Origin: Yuukianura sp. NJ FZ-2021
Taxonomy: Eukaryota
Direction of reading: 5' to 3'
DNA: 64,000 nt
NCBI GenBank assembly: GCA_046563655.1
Contig: CM102285.1
Location: 8,804,001 to 8,868,000, forward strand
Made by a program: the position numbers and the translations under genes. This document shows positions 54,295-64,000 of this stretch, piece after piece. The notes under the pieces were generated by a model. That model did no database searches. It was given only the letters and a program-made list of their open reading frames with translations, and was not told the origin of the DNA. The first letter of the stretch is position 1. Each line of letters opens with the position of its first letter.

Positions 54295-56009
54295 ATGTCT
54301 GAAAGTGGCGAAGAAGAAGAACGTCCCAAAACTCCACAGGAATTACTAATTGAAGATGATAATTTGGAAGAGGATTCACGGGAAAAGCAACAACGGCCCC
54401 GACATCGCAATCACCATCATCACAAGCGGAGCGTAGGACATCGAGACCGAGATATTCAGCGGCCGCGTGGAGGATGCTATTCTTCTGCCCCTGACGAAGA
54501 GAAACGGGCAAAATTATTCGCTGAACTGATTGCTGAGAGAGATACGTTAGACGCTAGACGAAGTCCACATCTCTACAGGTTGATTCAAACAGGTTAGATA
54601 TTGATTTGCTTGAAATCGTTAAACAAAACTTGTAAGTTTTTTGTTCGATTTTCGATGCTAATTTACGTTTCTTATTGGTCTGACTTTCTTGCAGAAATAT
54701 CACGCGTTGCCATTTCACCGGAAGCTGAACATTCTCAGGAAGTTGACCTCTACAACGACTATCCAATTACGCTAAACGTCAGATGTTTCCCACCCACGAA
54801 ACTTCAACCAAACTTTAATTACGCGGGGAGAATTATCGGTAATTGACGATCAAGTTGATTTTTTTTTGATTGATGGACTAACGATGTTGAGTTTAGGTCC
54901 AAAAGGTGCCTATTTGAGGGCTTTAATGCAAGAGACAAGGTCAAAGATTGTTGTCCTAGGACACGGCGTCATGAAAGACAAAGGAAAGGTGTGAAGTCCA
55001 GTTGTCAAGTTTGTTTATAGTTAATCGTAGTTATTCTAATTGTCGTGTCACTATATATCTCAATTCAGGAGACGGAATTACTGAAAACCGGTGATCCAAA
55101 ATATATGCATTTGACTGAAGAAATGCACTTTTCAGTAACCGTCGACGGACCAGCTATTGAAGCATACGACCGAATGAGTAATGCCATAAGTTGTCTCAAA
55201 AAACAACTGCTGAGCGACAGCAGAGACTTGCTTGACCTACCTTGGATTTTGAGAGTTGTGCAGAATGGAGCAGCTCCTCCAAAGGGTGTAAAATTCATTC
55301 GTCGTTCAATTACAAGGGATCGGGATCGCTGCTTTCGCCAAAGGGAGAGCAGCCCAGCGTATTCGCCTAAACGACGTCACTTCGCTCCTTCACGGCGGCT
55401 CCAACAAGGGCGATTACGTCGATGTATCGATTCATCTGACTTTATGGTGAGTTTGTTTCAATTAATGTTTGTTTCAATTCAAGTAAACGTTTTTTAATGC
55501 TCAAGCTCAAGAGAAACTTGCCTGAAACAAAAAAAAATAGCCCAGAGTGTTTATCCTGTTTCCACTATTTTTAGCGACAGCATTATGCAAATGAAAAATC
55601 ATTCGTCGTGAGACGTCACGGACGGAACTACGCACCGCCCGAGTACGAAGGGAGTGCAAGCCCAAGGAGTGACCGCGGTTGCTCACCACCGCCACGCCGT
55701 CGTCGAAATCCCCCAGCACCTCCTGCAACTGGTGATAATTATCGTGATAGTAGTGTTGGTAGTAGAAAATTGAGCGCAGTTTCAAGAAGTAGACGAAGTT
55801 CATCCCCGGGCTACGCTGCCGCGGAAGCGACCAGCTCATACTACAGTGAAACCAACAGTCAGGGTTCGTTCGATTATAACATACTTTCGACTGCCTGGAG
55901 CCAGAATTTGAACGAATATCTGTTTGAAACTTATAGAGCGGGATACATGGACGGAAAGGGAGAAGGAAGATCGAATTCGAGACCAGAAAAATCCTCGGTA
56001 CGTTCCTAA
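54295..56009 (+). CDS. STAR/GSG-family KH RNA-binding protein (Sam68/KHDRBS/qkr-like), 5 exons (about 54295-54592, 54695-54838, 54897-54988, 55069-55446, 55575-56009)
   Basis: QUA1-like LFAELIAERDTLDARRSPHLYRLIQTEISRV. KH: PNFNYAGRIIGPKGAYLRALMQETRSKIVVLGHG..KDK.KE.EL...DPKYMHLTEEMH. R/S/P-rich tail. Confidence 0.88.
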
Positions 56010-56188
56010 TAGAAAAGAGTATTTCTAATTTGGACTCGATTAATTTTTCATGACCCCGAAGAATTGCAAGTTTTGCAATCATCAAGATATGGATCACTCG
56101 AAAACTATTTATGCACAAAGGACGAAACAAACGCATCGTTTTCACACCACGCTCAGAATTTTCGTGTTTCAAATTATTTATTTTCAAT

Positions 56189-56761
56189 ATATTTCAGATC
56201 AAGTTCATAAAAATATGAGCATCATCAAAATTGTTTGTGTGACCTCACTAACACCACTAGTCGCCTCCACATCCAGTGTTTTAATCAAATTGCTCTTGAG
56301 CATATTCTATTCGACTTACGATATTTTAGTTAACAAAGTACCCTACTCACCAACATCTGCCAGCATCCCAGCATCTTCAACGTAACGTCCACGTATTCAT
56401 TAGAAGTAAACTCCCATTTTAGCACGTCCACCGTCACATTGCAATATAATGCTCGATATATGCATGCCTTTGGCCAGCATTCGAAAGTATTAAACACGCT
56501 ACCAATATGCTTGAAATGACCGGAAGTTGTAATTCAATGAATTGTTTTTATTTCTTAGCTTATTTCTATTTACCAATACGCTTCTACATGGCAGTGTACA
56601 GCGGACTGACAGGATGTCCACGAAACGTATGAGTAAAATTAATAAAACTTAAAAGTACAAGGCAGTGGAGGAGGGAGTGTGAACGTGGAAATATTACAGA
56701 AAAAAAAAACAGAACGATGTGCCTCCTAAAATTGCCTTAAAAAAGTTGATGAATCTATCTC
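56189..56761. repeat. Diverged duplicated segment, copy 1 (ODC 3' region); copy 2 at 63474-64000
   Basis: Collinear shared blocks ATATTTCAGATCAAGTT, CATCATCAAAA, TTGAGCATATTCTATT, ACCAATATGCTTG, ATTGTTTTTATTTCTT, AAAACTTAAAAGT, CCTAAAATTGCCTT, AATCTATCTC. Confidence 0.9.
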
Positions 56762-57035
56762 AAATATTGGATCCTATGGTTCGGCTTCTTTGCTCAAGTA
56801 CATTCAGATTATAATTCCAGTCATTAAACTCTCTGTATTAATCCTACAAAAGTAGGATCATGTGAAATTCTGAGTTGATATGAATCTATAACCTTTCAAA
56901 ATGACACAAAAAAGCAGTTTTCTACCGTTGCGCTCTGTGGAACTTCAGTCTGAAACGTGGAGGTCATCGATTAAGGACGAAGAATAATCCAATTCGATCG
57001 AGTCAGTCTCACTCAACTCATGTCCAAGGGCAATT

Positions 57036-60000
57036 TCATGAAAATGGAACATTGTTCTCAAATGGATTCTCGTATTCAAACATTCCCTTCACGACGCTCC
57101 TAAAGTAACACAAAAGCATTTAAACCAGGTCACCCCAATATCAACTTGCAATGGAAGTATTATTTGACATGGCCGCAGAGATGTGTACATAACCAAGAGG
57201 GCATCTCCACTCACCAGGCTTCCTCAGTTACGATGTAGTGCACCTTTGATACTGGAAAACCGTTAAAAGTTCCGGCCTAAAAGATAATATTTATTTAGAT
57301 CTCGTTTTTTAATTCGACATTCGACATACGTTGCAAAACCTCACCGTTGTAATCGTATAAGCGCCCATGTCGTGGAACAATAGCCATTCTCCGAGTTCCA
57401 TTTCCGGAAGGAGTACGCGTGGGCATACTTGATCTACACCATCGCATGTTGGTCCCCAGACTGATTGAAAGGAAATGTGATTAAATCGTAATCTATGTGA
57501 ATCAAACAGCAAATCGTACTACTGTACTGCGCCAGTATTTTGTAAATGAACTCACTAGAGCATGGAACAGTTTCCTGTCGGCTGTCGCTCCGGTACTACA
57601 CCAACACAATCAAAGTTAAGTCTCCCCAAATTCTTCGAAATACTTAAATAAAATTAACGGTTTTCTGTGCATAATCTGATTACTCGAAGTGTTTGTGGGC
57701 TAACAACGGCGTGCTCGGTGATAACGCTGTTGAAACTGCCAAAGACTCCATCATTGATGTAGTACATAAAGTTCTTTTCACCCTCTTCATTTTTGCACTC
57801 TCTCATTGAGTGGATTTGAGTTAAGAGATGGAAGGCAGAAGCTACCTGGGGAAGCCTTTCGCGTCTTATTTAATTTACAAACGAATCATTCAAAGTACAA
57901 TCATCAGTCAACTTACGTAAAAACGTCCCGGCTCTGCTAAAAAGTTCACTTCCATACCCTGCCCCTGCGGAAAGAAATCGTCTATGGCAGAGTTCACGAC
58001 ATTGCCAATCTGGAAAGTAAAACAGAAAGCTTGGAATCATGGGCTACAAAATTATTCACTGTAGAGTCAGTTAAAGTCTACCTCAGTTATATCTGATCCA
58101 GTGTTCCCCGGGAATCCGCCACCAATGTCAAGGACGTTCATGTTGAATCCAAACTCATAGCCCACGTTGAAGAGCCACTTTGCTGAAGCGATGGCTCGAC
58201 GAAAGACTGGAGGATCCATGCATCCCGAACCGACATGAAAGCAGACTCCGACTATGTTCAGTCCAAGCTCTTGGGCAGAAGCAAGAAGTAGCGGAGCGTC
58301 ATTGACCAACACTCCGAATTTCTTTCCAAGTAGCGTTGACGCTTTATCAGCGTCACAGCGAATTCGAATGAGAAGTCTACAAATATAAAGTATAGTATTA
58401 CGAAAATGATGTCCAAATACTTTGCGAAATCATTTAGGGCTTATGAATAATGATAAATCATGAATTATGATTTTAATTAGGCAATCCGTGGCGCCGCCTA
58501 CAGGCGGCACTCGTACTAACAGGATTTACAGGATGATAACGGCAACGGTTGTATCCGGTGTACCCGTGTAACCACCACTCTTTGTATTTTCGTGTCCAAT
58601 GAGGGTATGTTATTTGAATGGTTACATAATCACAAGATTATGCAGAGTTTTCAATTTTGTAACCACAAGATTTACCACTATTAATTAGGTGGTAAGGTAA
58701 AACAAGGTGGCAGCTAACACTGTGTGGGTACAACGGATTGAGGCTTAGTTCACTCACACAACGAAGACAAAGTCTCCGAAATTTTTATGCGAGTGATCGA
58801 TCACTGATCAATGATCAGTGATCATTCAATTACTTTCCAAGCTTGGAAAGTAATCTTACCTGGCAGTAGGATGCAGGGCTTTGATCTTGCGCAACTCACA
58901 GACATTGTCAAAGGTCATGAGAGACACATTGAATTTCTCAGCAGCCTGAATGTGGGAAGGTAGCTTGGTGGGGTTAGCAAAGATGATGCGAGATTCATGA
59001 ACCCCGAGTCCAATGACCTTGGCCATCTCACCCTAAAGGACAGAGATGAGCGTTCAGCAAAAGATCCAAACTCCAGCAGATTTCGCGATTTCGGTATCAG
59101 AGGTGGTAGCCTGCAGGTAAACCTGCGCAGGTTGCAGGCCAACCTGCAGCCCGTGCAGGCGGGCTGAACCTGCGGTGGATTTTTGCAGGCTGCAGGCGTG
59201 CAGGCTTTTATTTGGAAATGTTGCAGGCGGGCGGGTTCAGCCTGCAACGCTCTGCAGGCGCCTGCATTTGGCCTGCAGGCTGAGGGTTGTGACTTTTGAG
59301 AGATTTGTTCTCAGAAACTTCAAGAAAAGATAGAAACGAATAGAAAAATTACTTTGTCGTGTTGAAGAATTAAACTCAATGGAACTATGCAAACTTTTTG
59401 CTGCATATTAGTTGCACTTTACCGCCTTTAAACAATGAATCCGGAGGCGGAAATATGGTTAAGTAAAGTTGGCGTTACACTTGGCCGTGTAGACAACGCA
59501 AGATTAGACAGTACCACATTTGCGGATTTTTTTATGTGCAAGGATGAAGGATTTTTAAAAGTTAAACAAATCAAACGTAAGGTAGCTGTGTCGTAAAACA
59601 ATTTATTACTAAAGTCGGACCGTTTTCAAGATCCAAAGATTTCTGTGGTTGGGAAAAAATACAACTCTCACTTTAGGAATTTTTATCCCTACGTGTTTGG
59701 AAAGGACAACCGACAGATAATCGAGGGTGATTGAGTAATTGTCATTACGCAATAGTTGTAAGTGGATATAAAAAAATTTTCGTAGATTACATTACATGTA
59801 AAAAAAAAATTGCAGGCTGCAGGCTGGCCTGCCGAAGAGCCTTGCAGGTGCAGGCGTGCAGGCTGCCGATTTTTTATAATTTTGCAGGCTGCAGGCGTGC
59901 AGGCTAAAAATTCCTGCAGTGCAGGCGGGGCAGGTTGGGGAAAACAGTTGCAGGCTACCACCTCTGTTCGGTATTGGTGAAACAACTATGAGACCTCGTC

Positions 60001-61723
60001 CTCATTGCATTTTCAAATGAATTAGCGCTGTAAAAAATACGAGTGTTTACGTGAGAAGCTACGTCGAATCCTGTTCCTAGTGCGGCGAGAAGCCGAATTA
60101 CATTTTCGTCATCGTTGCACTTGACAGCTGAAACGGTCAGAATTTCAACAGTAATTCGCGTAAATGTAAATTAAAGTAAAGTTACCATAGAATGGTTTCA
60201 CCCTTGGCATTGCTGCAACCCATTCTTGATGCTTCCGCGCGATCTCAGCGAGGTTGCACAGGAAGAACGCGTCCTCCGGCTTCTATAATGTTAAGCAACG
60301 CATCGAGTTTAATTTAATTAATTAATTATTAATCTGTATGTATATACGAATGAGCTCCTGTAATTCCGGAATTACATAACAATTATCTAGCAACCGAGAG
60401 TTTATGGATTTTGTATTCTATGACCCCTTATGCGAGCCAATTTCTTTAAACCGAAAATCTTTGACACAAAAACACAAACCACAAAAAAAAAATTATTTTA
60501 TGTACACATATTTAACACAACATACTACAGTGAATACACCGTACGGGATTTCGTCCTAACCAACCTAAAGAATTTGCACATCGGAACTACATATCTGTTT
60601 ATGAATCTCTCTATTACAATACTAATGACCAAAGCTCGGAAAAGTACGCTCCAAAAAAAGACGTTTTAAGCACTTAAAAAGTCCTTAAAAATTGGTCTAA
60701 AAAGTCCCGAAAAAGTTCTTAAAAAATTTGTTAAAAGTCCCGAAAATTAAAAAATATCACTAATTGTTCTCTATTTCATGTGACAAGCTCAAAATGCAAA
60801 GGCATTCACATTCCAAAGCCCCGAAAATCACGGAAAGGTGGAACCCTTCTCATCAAGAAAAAAAGATTCACTTTTGTCCAGTTCGAAACCTACTTAAAGC
60901 CCATTTTGACACTGCTGTGATACGTTGCTTTAGCTAAAAAAAAATTTTTTTTTTTGAATACTTGAAACCGGACCCATACTTTTTCGGATCCGGAAAAATT
61001 TTTTTTTGAAAAACATTTTCAAAAAAAGGCTTTCTTTTCACTTTTTAAGGCGTCTTAAGTAATTTCCAATCGTTGTATGCAAAAAACAAAAGTTTTTTTT
61101 GGTGGCATGTTTTTCGAGTTAATACTCCTCACTATCGGGAATATTACGCAAAATTTTGTCATTTTTGATTAAAAAATTGGCGTATTTCGACATATTTAAG
61201 GAAAAAGTTCTAAAAAAGTTTTTATGGTCCAAAAAGTTTTAAAAACTTTTTTAAGTTTTTAAAAGTCCGCAAAGTGCTAAAAGTGCTAAAAAAGTTTTTA
61301 CGTCGTTTTCCGAGCTTTGCGACATCTTACAGGCGGGCATAATTCCAAAACCGGATTGTTTACTTGCTACTACTACAAAATTGGTTCAATTATCCTTAAA
61401 ATTTTTTGAAAGTAAACTCTTTTTGTGCTTTACAAAGAGAGTTTACAGCTTTTTATGCAAAATGTCCCTATATATAGCAATCTTCAACTGTCCGGCGGAC
61501 CAAAGGAACTAAGCAAAAAGACACGTGCGCTTTCAATAAGGTACGAGCGGTGCGGTGTTTCAATTTTTTTTTCTGTTAAACTTTTTGTCAAATCGATTTG
61601 TAGTTACTATGAAACGACTGTAAATTAATTTTATTTGATTACCTTTTTTGCAATAAAGTACCGAGCTAGGGACTTAATTTTGGAGCGATTTGTAACTAGT
61701 CGAATTGGTTGAGTGATTCCCAT
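57036..61723 (-). CDS. Odc: Ornithine decarboxylase-family (group IV PLP) enzyme, about 11 coding exons
   Basis: PRVKPFYAVKCN (PLP Lys), [67 protein letters not shown]. The frame is preserved across GT-AG introns from ATG 61723 to TGA 57038-57036. Confidence 0.92.
59098..59966. mobile_element. hAT-like non-autonomous element, 869 bp, in an ODC intron
   Basis: 18-bp TIR CAGAGGTGGTAGCCTGCA. Perfect 8-bp TSD TTCGGTAT (59090-59097, 59967-59974). Dense subterminal TGCAGG repeats at both ends. Confidence 0.92.
60630..61319. mobile_element. MITE-like element in the first coding intron of ODC, about 690 bp
   Basis: 14-bp TIR CAAAGCTCGGAAAA...TTTTCCGAGCTTTG with AAAAGT-type subterminal repeats. No clear TSD. 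Confidence 0.65.
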
Positions 61724-62091
61724 TGTTATAAAGTTTTGAACGCTGACCGTTGAAGCGTTCTGAAAAAAAGAATAAGGAAACTGTTACTCCATTTGATCTG
61801 TGGCTGTGAGTGAGACCCACCATAACGTGACCCCACCATTGGTGATAACATTTTGGTATTGTGCCGGGGCGCCCGGAGCTCTTGGGAAAATAAACTCCAG
61901 GGTTGGAGTTGAAATTGTTTAAAAATTTAAATTAAGAAAACGTCGACCGCAAAATATTCAAACGTCAACCTGGAACGGATTCTAAAAACAATGGTTATTT
62001 TGAAATCTGCATATAATGGGAATTTCAAAATTTAAAATTTGAAGGGGATCTCTGAAACAGAAAAAAAAAGTTGTATAGTTTTAGAGTAACT

Positions 62092-62490
62092 ATTACCAGA
62101 CGATTAAACGGCTCTTTGCTGGCTCGGCGAAGCCCCAGCAAGCATACACAGCATGTTGGTTGAAAGCTAACAAAAATCCAAGACGCAAAGAAGCCGCTTT
62201 TTAGAAGGAAATGGCTTATAGTAAGTAGTCTCTATTAGAGCATGATTTTGTGTCTTAATTTGCTCTCAAAAATCTTTCAAATGAGCCAATGTTCAAGGTC
62301 AGTCGTCAGAACAAATCTTGGAATTTAAATTTGTCTCATTTTGCAATAATAATGTATTTTTCTGATATTCAGAATTTTGTCGGATTCACCTAACCTAACC
62401 TTTTTGGAATATAACGAGGAATTTGGAATAGTAAAACTTGACAATCAATCTCTAGGAATGAATGCGCCGTTAGCGCGAAAGCTAAAAGTG
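62092..62490. repeat. Possible degenerate non-autonomous repeat remnant
   Basis: Short hairpins near both ends (TTGCTGG-CTCGGCGAAGCC-CCAGCAA; TTAGC-GCGAAA-GCTAA) and an internal CCTAACCTAACC. Boundaries uncertain. Confidence 0.3.
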
Positions 62491-63473
62491 TAGCTATGAA
62501 AGCGTTTGTTATTAGAATGAATTATAGTGAATCCCGGGAGCTTACCAGAATTACTGGAATTGATGGAAGATGAGCCGAGTTCCCATAAAGATTGCTTCCG
62601 AAGCGTCATGCGTCTTGGAGATGTTGCAGGGCGAAGCCCGTTTAGATAAGAGGTAACATGAATAGAGCAAGTTATTCAACCACTTACTTGTTGGAAACTG
62701 ACCCGAAAGCGTGTTGGGTCAAGCCGATAAATAGTTGTTTGGAGATAGTCCCCCCACAGTTCTTCCTTCTTCCAGAGCCGTTCAGACTTCCCCAGTTTGA
62801 ACACGCCGTATCCCGTATCCATACCATGAGGCCTTGGTCTGGGGCCTGTCTAAAAAGAAGAACAATTTATAGGACACACTCTTAAGTGGTCACAAAGACG
62901 CAATTTTTTGAGGAGTCTGAAAAGGACTGTTTTCGAGAAAAAAAAACACACTACTGAAATTAGTCAGGGATAAGATTTTCAGCTACTAAATCAGACAAAA
63001 ACCTTGTTTTATTTAAAAAAAGAAGATTGTTTTCACACTCTAAAAATTGTATTTTCGTGCCCATAACTTTCTGTACATGTGTCCGGCCATAACTGGCTGT
63101 CCTTACATAGGGATCCGGTCATGCCCAAATTAACGGACTGCGAGGGACATTGTTTTTACCGCAACGTTTTTGCATTCAAAACAGAAACAGTAACGAAAAA
63201 CCTATTTAACAGCAAAAAGTAAAGCATCGACTGTAAAAAAGACGTTTTTTACGGAACACTGGTAAGCACAGAATGTAAAACGGCTATCGTTAACGTAGTG
63301 TGGTTACTGCAATGGACGCAAACCAGCGTTAAACCCACCCTTGCCTTGTGTTTTACCGTAATGTTGCTCCAAGTTGAGAAGAGTGCCTTGTGGACTAACC
63401 ACAAGTTGTGGTGAGGTCCGTACGGGGGTGAACGTCAAGCCTGAAACAGATACGCACGTATAGTTTGTGAACG

Positions 63474-64000
63474 ATATTTCAGATCAAGTTTGTATACAAA
63501 CTTGATCTGAAATATTATATTTTTATAAAAGTATGAACATCATCAAAATCGTTTGTGTAACCTCACTGGCACCACTAATCAACTCCAAATGCATTGTTTT
63601 AACCAAACTGCGGTATTGAGCATATTCTATTGTATGGTAAGGTTATTTGAATTACTGGACAATAAAAACGCATTTTAACACGGCCACCGTCCGTGACATT
63701 GAAATTCAAATGTTGTTCAAACACGATACCAATATGCTTGCAATGGCTAGAAGTTGCAAATTGCAACTTGCTATTCAATGGATTGTTTTTATTTCTTCGC
63801 TTATTTCTATCCACCCAAAAATACGGTTCTACATGAAAAAAAAAAGCGGAAAGCTGTCCGCAAAAGAGTAAAACTTAAAAGTGCAAGGCACTGGAGGAAT
63901 GGTTGTGAAGGCGGTTTACAGTTCCAGAAATATTACAAAGAACACAACGATGTGCATCCTAAAATTGCCTTGAAAAAGCCTAACTGGATAAATCTATCTC
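63474..64000. repeat. Diverged duplicated segment, copy 2 (probable 3' region of an upstream tandem ODC paralog)
   Basis: Same orientation and collinear with 56189-56761; runs off the window end. Confidence 0.85.

Noticed and set aside
59098..59966. ODC pseudogenisation by transposon insertion
   Set aside because: The insertion is intronic and the flanking exons (…GFDVASH | GEMAKV…) join in frame.
58915..59985. Cys/Pro-rich ORFs 58915-59247 and 59689-59985
   Set aside because: They arise from the TGCAGG subterminal repeats of the hAT-like element; no transposase motifs.
61724..61910. Conserved non-AUG uORF ending in PPW as in ODC/AZIN leaders
   Set aside because: No PPW or PS-stop ending found in the frames immediately upstream of the ODC ATG.

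Overview
AT-rich, intron-containing animal (arthropod-like) genomic DNA, not prokaryotic: short GT-AG introns, no operons, CRISPR arrays or rRNA. All gene models were assembled by hand from splice signals and motif recognition. A compact cluster at 0-9.5 kb holds the 3' end of cyclin E (+), Rab2 (-), par-6 (+) and METTL3 (-). A CTCF-like site is followed by about 16 kb with no recognisable coding sequence. Next come a short SARAF-like gene (-), a small secreted beta/gamma-crystallin-fold gene (-), an intronless MATH-BTB gene (+) and a 3-exon myosuppressin-receptor-like GPCR (+). After about 9 kb of non-coding DNA there is a Tramtrack-group BTB-zinc-finger gene (-), a divergent STAR/KH RNA-binding gene (+) and an ornithine decarboxylase-family gene (-), whose 3' region is duplicated at the window end. 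Several non-autonomous transposons are present (Sola-like foldback, two hAT-like, one Tc1/mariner-like, one unclassified) plus a tRNA-derived SINE. The best leads are the ODC homolog with an intact catalytic core but a D332E-type specificity change, the secreted beta/gamma-crystallin protein, and a roughly 430-bp-arm hairpin element inserted 13 nt from a 3' splice site. I found no evidence of a coherent multi-gene novel system.
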